Assembly: GCA_902620425.1 (NCBI GenBank)
Contig: CACNHX010000001.1
Coordinates: forward strand, 226,311-290,310
Length of the DNA: 64,000 nucleotides
Direction: 5' to 3'
From: an uncultured Alphaproteobacteria bacterium
GTDB lineage: Bacteria; Pseudomonadota; Alphaproteobacteria; HIMB59; GCA-002718135
Positions within the stretch are counted from its first letter, which is position 1. Each line of letters opens with the position of its first letter. Made by a program: the position numbers and the translations under genes. The notes under the pieces are model-generated. The model made no database searches, was not told the origin of the DNA, and worked only from the letters and a program-made list of their open reading frames with translations. Positions 32,722-44,286 of this stretch are shown one piece after another.

Positions 32722-33615
32722 ATGTCTAAAGAAACCATTAATATTGTTAAAAATTTTCTCAATAGTTATTCTATAGAAACAACTCCAAATGTTTACGAAA
32801 AATATGGAGGCTTTTCTGAATTTCTTAATAAAAATCATGACGTTTATATAACTTATTTACCAGATGAGAATTCAAAAAATGTTATTAGAACGGCAAAAAA
32901 ATTAAAATTAGAAGGTTATGATGTTATACCTCATTTGCCTGCGAGAACTATTGTAAATAAAAATGACTTAGAAAAATATATTGGTGAACTTGCAAATGAA
33001 TCTGGGTGTTCAAAAATTTTAATTATTGGTGGTGGTGGAAATCAAGCTGGCGAAATTTCTTCCTCAATTGATGTTTTAAAAACAGATTTTCTTTCAAAAT
33101 ATAATTATCAATTTGTAGGTGTGGCTGGACATCCCGAAGGAAGCCCAGATATTTCAAATGAAAATTTGGATTTAGCAATTAAACAGAAGAATGATTTTGC
33201 AAAAAATGTTGATTTTAAAATGTATTTAGCAACACAATTTTTTTTTGAAGCTAAATCTTTAATCGACTGGGAAAAACACTTAGTAAAAATTGGAAATAAA
33301 TTACCAATCCACGCTGGGATACCAGGTCCTGCCTCTATTAAAACATTAGTAAATTATGCAAGGTCTTGTGGTATTGGAAATTCTTTAAGATTTATAACAA
33401 AACAGGCTTTTAACTTAACTAAACTTGCAACATTGAGCACTCCTGATAAATTAATTTATGATCTTGCTGAACATAGCGAAATAAACAAAGACTCTAAACT
33501 TGAAAAAATACACTTCTATGCGTTTGGTGGTATGAAAAAAACATCAGAGTGGTTAAATCAATTTAATAACTCAGATTTTTCTTATAATAATAAACAGAAA
33601 TTCGAATTAAATTAG
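32722..33615 (+). CDS. methylenetetrahydrofolate reductase (MetF) family protein
   Basis: SIETTP start, AGHPEGSP and ATQFFFEAKSLIDW resemble the MTHFR TIM-barrel family. It is adjacent to fhs. Confidence 0.7.
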   Translation: MSKETINIVKNFLNSYSIETTPNVYEKYGGFSEFLNKNHDVYITYLPDENSKNVIRTAKKLKLEGYDVIPHLPARTIVNKNDLEKYIGELANESGCSKILIIGGGGNQAGEISSSIDVLKTDFLSKYNYQFVGVAGHPEGSPDISNENLDLAIKQKNDFAKNVDFKMYLATQFFFEAKSLIDWEKHLVKIGNKLPIHAGIPGPASIKTLVNYARSCGIGNSLRFITKQAFNLTKLATLSTPDKLIYDLAEHSEINKDSKLEKIHFYAFGGMKKTSEWLNQFNNSDFSYNNKQKFELN

Positions 33616-33708
33616 CTTCTTCACAATTTTTTTATCTTTTAATGAAACAAAAGTTGTTTGATATTTAAGTTAATTTATAGATTAAGAATCTAATAATTAA
33701 GGAGCCTC

Positions 33709-35382
33709 ATGTCAGATATTGAAATAGCAAGAAAAGCTAAAATGAAGCCTATTAGTGAAATTCTAAAAGGGCTTGATGTACCAGACACACCTGAAGCCTT
33801 CAGTCCTATGGGTCGTCATATAGCAAAAATAAACTTGGAGTACATAGAGTCACTTAATAAAAATAAAGATGGTAAACTTGTTCTAGTCTCAGCAATAACT
33901 CCAACACCAGCAGGAGAAGGTAAAACAACAACTTCTGTTGGATTAAGTGATGGTCTTAATAAACTAGGAAAGAAATCAATAGTTTGTTTAAGAGAGCCGA
34001 GTCTTGGTCCATCATTCGGTATGAAAGGTGGTGCAGCTGGTGGAGGCTATGCTCAAGTAGTTCCAATGGAGCAAATTAATTTACATTTTACTGGAGATTT
34101 TCATGCAATTACATCCGCTCATAATTTACTTTCTGCACTGATTGATAATCATATCTACTGGGGAAATAAATTAAATATTGATGTTAGAAGGGTTGTTTGG
34201 AAGAGAGTAATGGATATGAATGATAGATCACTTAGATCTATTGTTGTTGATTTAGGAGGAGTTGCAAATGGATATCCTAGACAAGATGGTTTTGATATTA
34301 CTGTTGCATCAGAGATAATGGCAATTTTCTGCTTAGCAAAAGATTTAAAAGATCTTGAAGAGAGAATTGGAAATATAACTATTGCTTATACACGAGACAA
34401 AAAAGCTATTTATGCAAAAGATTTAAAGGCAGAAGGTCCAATGACAGTATTATTAAAAGATGCCATTAGGCCCAACATAACACAAACGTTAGAAAATAAT
34501 CCTGCTATAATTCATGGTGGGCCATTTGCAAATATTGCTCATGGTTGCAATTCTGTAATTGCAACTAGAGCTAGTTTAAAATTAAGTGATTACGTTGTAA
34601 CTGAAGCAGGGTTTGGAGCTGATCTAGGAGCAGAAAAATTCCTTGATATAAAATGTAGAAAATCAAATTTAAAACCTGATTGTGTGGTTTTGGTAGCTAC
34701 AATTAGAGCACTAAAAATGCATGGCGATGTTTCAAAAGAAGATTTAAAAAATGAAAATGTAAATGCTCTTAAAAAAGGTTTAGTAAATCTAGAAAGACAT
34801 ATCAATAATATTAGAAAATTTGGATTACCAGTAACTGTTGCTATTAATCATTTTGTCACTGATTCTAAAGCTGAAGTTGATGCCGTTCTAAGTTTTTGTG
34901 CAACTCAAGGAGTCAAGGCTTCTATGTGTACTCACTGGTCCGATGGTGGTGATGGTGCAACTGAATTAGCTCAAAATGTAATAGATATTTGTGAAGATAA
35001 TAAGAATACATTTAAATTTTTATATGAAGATGATTTAGCTCTATTCAAAAAAATAGAAAAAATTGCACAAGAGATTTATCACGCAAGTGAAGTTGTGGCA
35101 GACACGAAAGTACGTCAACAATTGAAGGATTTTGAAACTAAAGGATTTGGCAAATTACCTGTTTGCATTGCAAAGACTCAATATAGTTTTTCAACTGACC
35201 CTAATTTAAAAGGCGCCCCTACTGGCCACGTTTTACCTATTAGAGAGGTAAGATTGTCATCAGGAGCAGAATTTATAGTAGTTGTTTGCGGTGATATTAT
35301 GACCATGCCGGGTCTACCAAGTGTTCCTGCGGCAAATTCGATAAAGCTAAATGATCATGGAGAAATTGAAGGTCTTTTTTAA
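33709..35382 (+). CDS. fhs: formate--tetrahydrofolate ligase
   Basis: SDIEIA start, [14 protein letters not shown]-loop and [26 protein letters not shown] lies upstream. Confidence 0.95.
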   Translation: MSDIEIARKAKMKPISEILKGLDVPDTPEAFSPMGRHIAKINLEYIESLNKNKDGKLVLVSAITPTPAGEGKTTTSVGLSDGLNKLGKKSIVCLREPSLGPSFGMKGGAAGGGYAQVVPMEQINLHFTGDFHAITSAHNLLSALIDNHIYWGNKLNIDVRRVVWKRVMDMNDRSLRSIVVDLGGVANGYPRQDGFDITVASEIMAIFCLAKDLKDLEERIGNITIAYTRDKKAIYAKDLKAEGPMTVLLKDAIRPNITQTLENNPAIIHGGPFANIAHGCNSVIATRASLKLSDYVVTEAGFGADLGAEKFLDIKCRKSNLKPDCVVLVATIRALKMHGDVSKEDLKNENVNALKKGLVNLERHINNIRKFGLPVTVAINHFVTDSKAEVDAVLSFCATQGVKASMCTHWSDGGDGATELAQNVIDICEDNKNTFKFLYEDDLALFKKIEKIAQEIYHASEVVADTKVRQQLKDFETKGFGKLPVCIAKTQYSFSTDPNLKGAPTGHVLPIREVRLSSGAEFIVVVCGDIMTMPGLPSVPAANSIKLNDHGEIEGLF

Positions 35383-35402
35383 AACTGCTATAAAGAGTTA
35401 TA

Positions 35403-36662
35403 ATGTTTAATAAAAATAAATACTCATTTCTATCTATCGCTAGAAATGCTTTAAATCATCATGAGAATTGGCAAAAGACGTGGAATAGTCCTGAGCCAAA
35501 AAAAAATTATGATGCAATAATTGTAGGTGGTGGTGGACACGGTTTAACTACTGCTTACTATTTAGCAAAAAACCATGGAATTAATAATATTGCAGTAATT
35601 GAAAAAGGTTGGATAGGCGGCGGGAATACAGGGCGAAATACCACTATAATTAGATCAAACTATTTATGGGATCAAAGTGCGGCTTTATACGAACATGCAT
35701 TAAAACTTTGGGAAGGTATGTCTCAAGAATTAAATTACAACGTAATGTTTTCTCAAAGAGGGGTTTTGAATGTTGCTCATAATCTTCATGATGTAAGAGA
35801 ATTAAAAAGACGGTGGCATGCAAACAGACTAAATGATATCGATTGTGAATGGCTTGATACAAAGAAAGTTAAAGAATTTTGTCCAATAATAAATACTTCA
35901 CCAAACATTAGATATCCTGTTTTAGGAGCAACGCTGCAAAGAAGAGCAGGAACTGCAAGACATGATGCTGTTGCATGGGGTTATGCAAGAGGGGCTGATG
36001 AAATGGGAGTTGATATAATTCAAAATTGTGAAGTAACTGGTATTAATGTAAAAAATGGAAATGTAACTGGTATTGAAACAACAAAAGGAACCATTAATTC
36101 AAATAAAATTGGAATAGCTGCTGCTGGGCATACCAGTGTTATTGCTAATATGGCGGGTATCAAATTACCTTTAGAGAGTAAACCATTACAAGCACTAGTT
36201 TCAGAGCCAGTAAAACCAGTCATTGATACTGTAGTAATGTCAAATACAATTCATGCGTATGTATCTCAGTCAGATAAAGGAGAACTAGTTATTGGTGCTG
36301 GAACAGACGGATACACTTCATATACTCAAAGAGGTGGCTTTAACATTGTTGAAGATACATTAATGGCAATAGTTGAATTGTTTCCAATATTTTCTAGAAT
36401 GAAAATGCTTCGTCATTGGGGAGGAATTGTAGATATTTGTCCTGATGCAAGCCCCATTATTAGTAAAACTCACATAAACGGATTATACTTTAATTGTGGT
36501 TGGGGAACTGGTGGTTTTAAAGCAACACCAGGTTCAGGTTGGGTATTTGCTCACACTATGGCTAATGATCAAGCACATGAATTAAATGCTCCTTTTACAA
36601 TAAATAGATTTTCTAGTGGTGAATTAGTTGATGAACATGGTGCAGCTGCCGTAGCACATTAA
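35403..36662 (+). CDS. soxB: sarcosine oxidase subunit beta
   Basis: [23 protein letters not shown] fold, about 419 aa, first gene of a B-D-A-G order. Confidence 0.9.
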   Translation: MFNKNKYSFLSIARNALNHHENWQKTWNSPEPKKNYDAIIVGGGGHGLTTAYYLAKNHGINNIAVIEKGWIGGGNTGRNTTIIRSNYLWDQSAALYEHALKLWEGMSQELNYNVMFSQRGVLNVAHNLHDVRELKRRWHANRLNDIDCEWLDTKKVKEFCPIINTSPNIRYPVLGATLQRRAGTARHDAVAWGYARGADEMGVDIIQNCEVTGINVKNGNVTGIETTKGTINSNKIGIAAAGHTSVIANMAGIKLPLESKPLQALVSEPVKPVIDTVVMSNTIHAYVSQSDKGELVIGAGTDGYTSYTQRGGFNIVEDTLMAIVELFPIFSRMKMLRHWGGIVDICPDASPIISKTHINGLYFNCGWGTGGFKATPGSGWVFAHTMANDQAHELNAPFTINRFSSGELVDEHGAAAVAH

Positions 36663-36665
36663 ATC

Positions 36666-37022
36666 ATGTTTTTAATAAATTGCCCATACTGTGGAGAAAG
36701 AGATCAAGCTGAATTTTCTTGTGGAGGTGAAGCGCATATTGCAAGACCAAAAAATCCTCCTGAACTCTCTGATGATCAATGGGCAGAATATTTATTCTTG
36801 CGAAAGAACGAAAAAGGTATTCATTATGAAAGATGGAACCATGAATATGGATGCAGACAATGGTTTAATTTAGCAAGAAATACAGCAACCGATGAAATTC
36901 TAGCAGTATATAAGATGGGAGAAGCTCCTCCCATATTAAAAGCAAATATTCCAGCTACTCCTTCAGGTGAGCCAAGTATTGGATCAGGGAATTTATCAAC
37001 ATCGAAAAAAGATAGGTTTTAA
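36666..37022 (+). CDS. soxD: sarcosine oxidase subunit delta
   Basis: MFLINCPYCGERDQAEFSCGGEAH is the zinc-ribbon N-terminus typical of SoxD. Confidence 0.85.
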   Translation: MFLINCPYCGERDQAEFSCGGEAHIARPKNPPELSDDQWAEYLFLRKNEKGIHYERWNHEYGCRQWFNLARNTATDEILAVYKMGEAPPILKANIPATPSGEPSIGSGNLSTSKKDRF

Positions 37023-37030
37023 AAATAGAG

Positions 37031-40021
37031 ATGCGATACAAAAATAATAAAAATCTCGAAAATAATAAGTCTGTTAGGTTCTATTTTGATAATAAAGAAT
37101 ATTTTGGATTTGAAGGTGACACCCTAGCTTCTGCACTTCTTGCGAATGATGTTCACTTAGTTGGAAGAAGTTTTAAATATCATCGACCGCGGGGTATTTA
37201 TACCGCAGGTAGTGAAGAACCTAATGGAATAGTTCAGCTTGAGACCAAAGAATATACCGAACCTAATAGAAGAGTAACTGAAGTCCAGATATATGAGGGG
37301 TTAAAAGCTTTTAGTCAAAATAATTGGCCGTCAGTGAAATTTGATGCAGGCGCTATAAATGATTTACTATCACCATTTTTTCCTGCAGGATTCTATTACA
37401 AGACTTTTATGTGGCCACCAAAGTTTTGGAAGGCATATGAGTTTTTTATAAGACATGCTGCAGGACTTGGTAAATCTCCAAAAAAAGATGATCCCCACAA
37501 ATACGAACATTTTCATTATCATTGTGATGTTCTAGTTGTTGGAGCAGGAGTTAGCGGATTAATTTCAGCAGAAATTGCAGCTAATAATAATTATAAAGTA
37601 TTACTTATTGAGCAAGAAGATGATCTAGGAGGTGAAATTTTATCTACAAGAAATCAAGATATTAAAATAGATAAATTGCCAATTAATGAATGGAAAAATA
37701 AAATTGTTGATAAACTTTCTAAAAATTCAAATATAAAAATAGTAAAAAATACGACATGTTTTGCTTATTTAAATTATAATTTATTATTAGCTGTCCAAGA
37801 AATTGATCCAGAAAAAGGATTATATAAAAAAAACGATATTAAAGAAAGAATTTGGAAAATTAGATCAAAGAAAGTTATTTTAGCGACAGGCACAATAGAA
37901 AGACCAATAATTTTTAACAATAATGATAGGCCCGGTATTATGCTTTCTAACAGTGCGAAAAAATACTTAAATAAGTATGGAGTTGCACCTGGAAAAAATT
38001 TAGTTTTTTTTACAAACAATGATAGTGCCTATGAAACTGCAATAGATTTTTTTGAACAAGGTATAAAAGTAGAGGCTATTGTCGATACAAGAGATGATAG
38101 TGATGGATATTACCCTAAAAAAGCAAATAAATTAGGAATTACTATACTAAAAGGTTATGAAATTAGTGATACTGTTGGAAGATTAAAAATTAGAGAAGTT
38201 AAATTAAGAAAAATAAAAACTGAAAACAATAATGAAAAATCTTCTATTAATATTAAATGCGATCTTTTAGCAATTGCTGGTGGTTGGACTCCTACTGTTC
38301 ATTTATTTACTCAATCAAAAGGAAAACTCAAATATAGAGATGTAGATGGAAGTTTTATTCCTAATGAAGTTTATCAAGATACATTGTGTGTTGGCAGTTG
38401 CAATGGTGACTATAATTTAAATGAAATATTAATAAAAACTGAAGAAGATACATATAAATATTTAAATGATAATCAGCAAAATGAACTTGGTGAAGTAAAT
38501 TACAAATCAGATAATGTGAAGTATGGCAAACACGAAAATGTATGGATTACATCAAAGAACAGTATTTCAAGAACTAAAATGTTTGTAGATTTTCAAAACG
38601 ATGTAACAGCAAAAGATATTAAACTAGCTTTAAAAGAGGGTTTTCAATCCATTGAACATGTCAAACGATACACAACTACAGGAATGGCAACTGATCAAGG
38701 CAAGACCAGTAATGTTAATGCACTTGGAATAATATCAGAATTAACAAATACTGAAATCTCTGAATTAGGTACAACAACATTTCGTTTACCCTATAAACCA
38801 GTAACATTTGGAGCTATTGCTGGGCGTCATGTTAAAGAATTTTTTGATTTAGAGAGAACAAGCCCAATGCATCAATGGCATATTGATAATAAAGCTTTAT
38901 TTGAGGATGTAGGCCAATGGAAAAGAGCCTGGTATTATCCTCAAAAGAATGAAAGTTTTCAATCTTCTTTAAATAGAGAGGTAAAAGCAACTAGAGATAG
39001 TCTAGGAATATTAGATGCATCAACTCTTGGTAAAATAGATATTAAGGGTAGAGATGTAAGTGAATTTTTAAATAGAGTTTACACAAATTCATGGTCAAAA
39101 TTAGAAATTGGAAAATGTCGATATGGTGTAATGTTAGGTGACGATGGAATGGTTATTGATGATGGTGTAACAACTAGATTAGATGAGTATCACTATCTTA
39201 TGTCAACAACTACAGGAAATGCGGCATCAGTAATGTCAAAGTTAGAAGATTGGTTGCAAACAGAATGGCCAGAGTTAGAAGTATATTTAACATCCGTAAC
39301 AGAAAATTATGGAACGATAAGCTTAAATGGTCCAAATTCAAAAAAATTAATCCAAAAACTAGTTCCAGATTTTGATTTTTCAAAAGAAAATTTTCCTCAT
39401 ATGAGTTTTAAGAATATTAATATTAACGGAATAAAATGTAGAGTCATGCGTATAAGTTTTACTGGGGAAATGTGTTATGAAATAAATGTACCATCTGGCT
39501 ATGCTAAAAATCTTTGGGAACTTTGTATAGATAAAGGTAAGGAATATAATATTACGCCATATGGTACTGAAGCTATGCATGTACTTCGTGCTGAAAAAGG
39601 ATTTATTATTGTCGGTCAAGAAACAGATGGATCAGTGACACCAGTAGATCTAGATATGGACTGGATTGTTAGTAAAAAGAAATATGATTTTATTGGTAAA
39701 AGGGCATTATATAGAAGTGATACTATTAAAAAAGATAGGAAACAATTAGTTGGATTAAGAACTAAAGATCCAAATAAGGTTCTTGAAGAAGGATCTCAAT
39801 TGGTTGAAGAAATAACTGCCCTACCTATGAAAATGGTTGGTCACGTGACCTCTAGTTACTATTCACCTAATTTAAAAAGCTCTTTTGCTTTAGCTTTAAT
39901 CAAAGGTGGTCTTGAAAAAAAAGGAAATGTTTTAATTGCTCCAATGGAAAATGAAAATATTGAAGTAGAAATAACTAGTCCAATATTTATTGATCCTGAG
40001 AATAAAAGGGTTAATCAATGA
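37031..40021 (+). CDS. soxA: sarcosine oxidase subunit alpha
   Basis: 996 aa, with the N-terminal FEGDTLASALLANDVHLVGRSFKYHRPRG, an NAD fold (VLVVGAGVSGL) and a C-terminal GcvT-like folate-binding domain. Confidence 0.9.
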   Translation: MRYKNNKNLENNKSVRFYFDNKEYFGFEGDTLASALLANDVHLVGRSFKYHRPRGIYTAGSEEPNGIVQLETKEYTEPNRRVTEVQIYEGLKAFSQNNWPSVKFDAGAINDLLSPFFPAGFYYKTFMWPPKFWKAYEFFIRHAAGLGKSPKKDDPHKYEHFHYHCDVLVVGAGVSGLISAEIAANNNYKVLLIEQEDDLGGEILSTRNQDIKIDKLPINEWKNKIVDKLSKNSNIKIVKNTTCFAYLNYNLLLAVQEIDPEKGLYKKNDIKERIWKIRSKKVILATGTIERPIIFNNNDRPGIMLSNSAKKYLNKYGVAPGKNLVFFTNNDSAYETAIDFFEQGIKVEAIVDTRDDSDGYYPKKANKLGITILKGYEISDTVGRLKIREVKLRKIKTENNNEKSSINIKCDLLAIAGGWTPTVHLFTQSKGKLKYRDVDGSFIPNEVYQDTLCVGSCNGDYNLNEILIKTEEDTYKYLNDNQQNELGEVNYKSDNVKYGKHENVWITSKNSISRTKMFVDFQNDVTAKDIKLALKEGFQSIEHVKRYTTTGMATDQGKTSNVNALGIISELTNTEISELGTTTFRLPYKPVTFGAIAGRHVKEFFDLERTSPMHQWHIDNKALFEDVGQWKRAWYYPQKNESFQSSLNREVKATRDSLGILDASTLGKIDIKGRDVSEFLNRVYTNSWSKLEIGKCRYGVMLGDDGMVIDDGVTTRLDEYHYLMSTTTGNAASVMSKLEDWLQTEWPELEVYLTSVTENYGTISLNGPNSKKLIQKLVPDFDFSKENFPHMSFKNININGIKCRVMRISFTGEMCYEINVPSGYAKNLWELCIDKGKEYNITPYGTEAMHVLRAEKGFIIVGQETDGSVTPVDLDMDWIVSKKKYDFIGKRALYRSDTIKKDRKQLVGLRTKDPNKVLEEGSQLVEEITALPMKMVGHVTSSYYSPNLKSSFALALIKGGLEKKGNVLIAPMENENIEVEITSPIFIDPENKRVNQ

Positions 40022-40593
40022 ATTTAACTTACAGTAATGTTTTGAATATAAATAAAAAAAATTACAATGGAGTAACAATAGAAGAAAAAGCTCTATCAGG
40101 TAAAATAAATATACGAGGTAAAAGTTCAGATAAAGAATTTATGAAAAATATAGGCTCAGTATTAAACCTAGTTTTACCAATTGAGCCAAATGTAAGAATT
40201 TTTAATAATAATATTAGTATTATGTGGCTTGGTCCTAATGAATGGTTAGTCGAAACACCAGAAAATGAGAAAGATGAAATTATTTCTCTATTAGAATCTA
40301 AACTTAATCCAGAAAAAACAGCAATAACTGATGTTTCATTTAATAAAACTGTTTTACGAATTGAAGGGGAAAAGGTATTTATTTTACTTTCTAAATTTCT
40401 TGTTGCAAATTTAGAAAAAATTTTGGAAACTAATTTTTCTGTAGCTCAAACTATATTTATAAAAATTCCAATACTTTTTATTAGAAATAATACTGATAAA
40501 GAAGAAACTTCATTAGATTTACATTTAAACAGATCACATGCAAAATATGTATATGATTTATTAGTTGATGGTAGTAAAAATCTTAATATTTAA
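40018..40593 (+). CDS. soxG: sarcosine oxidase subunit gamma
   Basis: 191 aa with an ATGA overlap to soxA. The assignment rests mostly on position and size in the soxBDAG operon. Confidence 0.75.
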   Translation: MNLTYSNVLNINKKNYNGVTIEEKALSGKINIRGKSSDKEFMKNIGSVLNLVLPIEPNVRIFNNNISIMWLGPNEWLVETPENEKDEIISLLESKLNPEKTAITDVSFNKTVLRIEGEKVFILLSKFLVANLEKILETNFSVAQTIFIKIPILFIRNNTDKEETSLDLHLNRSHAKYVYDLLVDGSKNLNI

Positions 40594-41047
40594 TTTATTT
40601 TTTATCTTAATTTCATTAAGCACAGTATCATCTGGGAAAACTATATTTGGAAAAGCAAAAGTAATTGATGGTGATACTATACATATTAATAAAAATAAAA
40701 TAAGACTGCACGCTATTGATGCCCCTGAGACAAATCAAACATGTAATAAAAATAGTAAAGTCTGGAATTGTGGTTTGGAATCAACAAAGTTCTTAAAAGA
40801 ATTAATTGGGAATAATAAAATTGAATGCATCACAAAAGGTAAGGATCGATATAATAGATTTATTGGAATCTGCTATAAAGATAATTTAGATTTAAATAGT
40901 GCAATGGTTCTGAATGGATGGGCTATAGCTTATCGCTATTATTCAAAAGATTATATTGAAGAAGAAGAAGAAGCAAAACGAGATAAAAAAGGTATATGGA
41001 TTGGAGATTTTGAAGAACCTTATTTATTCAGAAAGAAAAATAAATAA
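40568..41047 (+). CDS. secreted thermonuclease (SNase) family protein
   Basis: Signal peptide, then VIDGDTIHINKNKIRLHAIDAPE and GWAIAY...KKGIW SNase motifs. The ATG at 40568 is preferred over the TTG at 40565. It overlaps the soxG 3' end. Confidence 0.8.
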   Translation: MVVKILIFNLFFILISLSTVSSGKTIFGKAKVIDGDTIHINKNKIRLHAIDAPETNQTCNKNSKVWNCGLESTKFLKELIGNNKIECITKGKDRYNRFIGICYKDNLDLNSAMVLNGWAIAYRYYSKDYIEEEEEAKRDKKGIWIGDFEEPYLFRKKNK

Positions 41048-41719
41048 TCAACCATGATGTTGGGAATCTTTTAAATAAATTAAATCTTCTATTTCTTTAT
41101 CTTTATTTTTAATTATTTTTTTTAGTTCATTTAATTCATTTTCAAAACTACGATTTTTTTGTTCAATCTGTCTAAGTTCTGATTTTAGTATTGAATTTTC
41201 AATATTTAATTCTTCCATATCTTTAGTTGACACAGAACTTTCTAATTCTATTTCTAATTTTTGAACAAGATCTTCGTATTTTGACAATTGTTTATTTAAT
41301 TCAGTTATTTTATTTTTAAGTTTGCTAAGTTTCTCAATACTTTCCGAATTATTTTCTAATGTATTATTTTCTAGATCTGATATATTGATCAAAGATTGTT
41401 GATAATCATTCTTAATTGTATCGAATGTTTCATTTAAATCGCTTATTTCTTGACGTAAGTTTTTTATTTGATCATCTCTAAATTTTAATCGCTGATTTTT
41501 TTGAAAAATCTCAAGTTTAAGTTTTTCTATTTCAGATCGTAAACTTGATTCATCAACAACACTGCTAGGAATGATTTCAGTAGGTGGCTCAGTTTGATCA
41601 GTTGAAAAATCCATAGAAGGCAAATAAAAAAAAATACCAAAGATAAATATAATTGAAATGACAAGTAAGATTCTGTTTCTTCTTCTTCTTCTTGCTTGTA
41701 AACCAACAAAACCTACCAT
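41048..41719 (-). CDS. hypothetical membrane-anchored coiled-coil protein
   Basis: An Arg-rich N-terminus (QARRRRRNR), one TM helix and about 150 aa of heptad-like coiled coil. Confidence 0.5.
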   Translation of the reverse strand: MVGFVGLQARRRRRNRILLVISIIFIFGIFFYLPSMDFSTDQTEPPTEIIPSSVVDESSLRSEIEKLKLEIFQKNQRLKFRDDQIKNLRQEISDLNETFDTIKNDYQQSLINISDLENNTLENNSESIEKLSKLKNKITELNKQLSKYEDLVQKLEIELESSVSTKDMEELNIENSILKSELRQIEQKNRSFENELNELKKIIKNKDKEIEDLIYLKDSQHHG

Positions 41720-41757
41720 ACGAACTCTATAAAACGGTAAGTGTTAAAAATAAATAT

Positions 41758-42588
41758 TTAATTATTAAATTGTGGATCTAAAGAATATGTGGTTGACCTT
41801 AAGTACTGAGTAATTTTTTTGATATCTCCAATTTTTACAAGGTTTTCGTAAGGTATAAGTGAACCAAAGTACATATAGATATCATCACCTATCTTTCTTT
41901 TCAGTTCATACATGCACAAAGAATATCTAAATGTTTGTCCTATTTTATTAGCAATGTGGTAAAGTTGGCTATTTTGACCGTCAAAAAAAATTGGTAACAC
42001 AGGGCTTTTCGTTTTGAGAACTAGTTTCGAAACCCATTGTTTCCACTCACCATCGTCTGCTTTTGTATTTTTTTTTAAGTTTTGTTTAGTTGCTATCGTT
42101 CCAGAGGGAAAAAGAACTAGAACACCTTCATTATGCAAAACTTTTTCTGCTTCTTTACGCGTACTAATGTTAGTTAATAGAGCTTCTTTATTTTCATTAA
42201 AATCAATTGGTAATATTTTATCTTTTACTGCCTCTGCTTGCCTTAAGACTTTATGTGTAACCATTTTATAATCTTGTCTTACTTTTGAAATTGCTGAACA
42301 TATGGATACGCCATCAGCAACTCCAAAAGCATGATTGGCTATAACAATTAATTTTCCTTTTTTTGGAATATAACTACCGTCCTGAAAATTAGTTATTAAA
42401 GTAAAATTTAATTTATCTACTGCATCATCCCAAAAAAGCTCAGGAGGTCTATTTTCAGATAAATATTCATCATATAATTTTTTTAATTTTAATTTTCCTG
42501 TTAATAATTCAGTAATCTTAATAAATATTTGACCAATAAAATTTACTTCCGCTGTTGCAAATGTAAATACAATTTTATTTTTATTCAT
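41758..42588 (-). CDS. PlsC-family (lysophospholipid) acyltransferase
   Basis: The HX4D motif NHAFGVADG and FPSGT motif. Confidence 0.7.
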   Translation of the reverse strand: MNKNKIVFTFATAEVNFIGQIFIKITELLTGKLKLKKLYDEYLSENRPPELFWDDAVDKLNFTLITNFQDGSYIPKKGKLIVIANHAFGVADGVSICSAISKVRQDYKMVTHKVLRQAEAVKDKILPIDFNENKEALLTNISTRKEAEKVLHNEGVLVLFPSGTIATKQNLKKNTKADDGEWKQWVSKLVLKTKSPVLPIFFDGQNSQLYHIANKIGQTFRYSLCMYELKRKIGDDIYMYFGSLIPYENLVKIGDIKKITQYLRSTTYSLDPQFNN

Positions 42589-42634
42589 AATGAAAATGAA
42601 TCAATTTAAATACAATAAGTATTTTTCAAATATA

Positions 42635-44263
42635 TTACATATTTGCATAATTTGGCCCCCCACTACCTTCAGGTACAACCCAATTTATATTTTGTGATGG
42701 TTCTTTAATATCGCATGTTTTACAATGAATACAGTTTTGTGCATTAATTACAAATTTAGGATTTTGACTATCTGTCTTATCAATCTCATATACACCAGCA
42801 GGACAATATCTTTGAGATGGCTCATCATAAGCATTTAAAGTAAATTTTATTGGTAATTCCTTATCCTTTAATTGTAAATGAACTGGCTGATCAGCTTCAT
42901 GGTTAGTTCCAGTCAAATAAACAGAACTGGTTTTATCAAAAGTAAATATTCCATCATATTTTGGATAATCTATTTTTTTTGAATCTTTTGCTAATTGTAA
43001 TGCTTCATGATCAGCATGTTTGTGTTTTAGTGTAAAAGGAAGCTTACCTCTAAAAATTATTTGATCAATACCTGTAAATATTATTGCAGGTATTAACCCC
43101 CAATTAAAACTAGGTTTTACATTCCTTGCTGCAAACAATTCTTTATAAAGCCATGAATGTTTAAATTTATCTTCATATGCTGCAAGAGATACAGATTTAC
43201 TTAAATAGTCATTAATTGTTTCAGCAGCTATAATTCCACTTTTCATTGCAGTATGTGAACCTTTAATCTTTGGCATATTTAAGGTGCCTGCATCACATCC
43301 AACTAGTAATGCGCCCGGCATATACATTTTAGGTAAACTTTGAATACCACCTTCAATAAGTGCCCTTGCTCCATACGCTATACGTTTTCCATTAGTTAGG
43401 ATTTTCTTAATTGCTGGGTGAGTTTTAAATTTTTGAAATTCATCATAAGGTGATAAATAAGGATTTTTATAATCAAGACCGATTACGTATCCTAAAAATA
43501 TTTGTTTATTTTCAGCATGATAACAAAAACTGCCGCCATAAGTTGCATTATCTAATGGCCAACCAGCAGTATGCATTACAAGACCTTCCTCATGCTGACT
43601 TTCATCTACTTCCCAAATTTCTTTAAATCCAATTCCGTATTGTTGTGGTGACTTATCTTTTGATAAATTATATTTTTTAATTAATTCCTTACCTAAATGA
43701 CCTCTGCAACCCTCAGCAAATACTGTTACTTTAGCCTTAATATTAATACCTGGTTCAAAACTATCTTTTTTGTTACCATCTTTATCAATACCCATATCAC
43801 CAGTTTGAACACCAATTACATGATCATCATCTGAATATAATATTTTAGATGCCGCAAATCCTGGAAAAATTTCTACTCCTAAACTTTCAGCTTCACTTGC
43901 AAGCCATCTACATAAATTTGCAAGACTAATGATATAATTCTTATGATTTTTTTGAACACTAGGAAGGAGCCATGTAGGCCAATTTAACGAACCGTTCTTA
44001 GATAAGAATAAAAACTTTTCTTTTGTTACTTTAGTTTTTATTGGTGAGTCTTTGCTTCTCCAATCAGGTATTAATTCATCGAGTGCTCTTGTTTCAAAAA
44101 CATTACCACTTAAAATGTGGGCCCCTACCTCTGATCCCTTTTCTAATACACAAACATTAATATCTGGGTTCAACTGTTTTAGTTTAATTGCAGTTGAAAG
44201 GCCCGATGGACCAGCACCTACAACCACAACATCATAGTCCATTGACTCGCGTTCTACTTCCAT
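42635..44263 (-). CDS. electron-transfer flavoprotein:ubiquinone oxidoreductase
   Basis: DVVVVGAGPSGLS FAD fold and the C-terminal 4Fe-4S region CPAGVYE...NCIHCKTCDIK. Confidence 0.92.
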   Translation of the reverse strand: MEVERESMDYDVVVVGAGPSGLSTAIKLKQLNPDINVCVLEKGSEVGAHILSGNVFETRALDELIPDWRSKDSPIKTKVTKEKFLFLSKNGSLNWPTWLLPSVQKNHKNYIISLANLCRWLASEAESLGVEIFPGFAASKILYSDDDHVIGVQTGDMGIDKDGNKKDSFEPGINIKAKVTVFAEGCRGHLGKELIKKYNLSKDKSPQQYGIGFKEIWEVDESQHEEGLVMHTAGWPLDNATYGGSFCYHAENKQIFLGYVIGLDYKNPYLSPYDEFQKFKTHPAIKKILTNGKRIAYGARALIEGGIQSLPKMYMPGALLVGCDAGTLNMPKIKGSHTAMKSGIIAAETINDYLSKSVSLAAYEDKFKHSWLYKELFAARNVKPSFNWGLIPAIIFTGIDQIIFRGKLPFTLKHKHADHEALQLAKDSKKIDYPKYDGIFTFDKTSSVYLTGTNHEADQPVHLQLKDKELPIKFTLNAYDEPSQRYCPAGVYEIDKTDSQNPKFVINAQNCIHCKTCDIKEPSQNINWVVPEGSGGPNYANM

Positions 44264-44286
44264 TTTATTTATTGTAATAAATTAAT

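Noticed and set aside
33616-33708. The 93-nt spacer upstream of fhs, checked for a riboswitch or terminator.
   Set aside because: It contains only very short AT-rich inverted repeats (AAACAA-aag-TTGTTT and AGATT-aag-AATCT). There is no GC-supported stem and no motif I recognise, so evidence is insufficient.
36691-36873. A 60-aa alternative-frame ORF inside soxD.
   Set aside because: It is fully nested in the soxD coding sequence, whose own frame shows the conserved CPYCG zinc-ribbon motif. The nested ORF has no motif.
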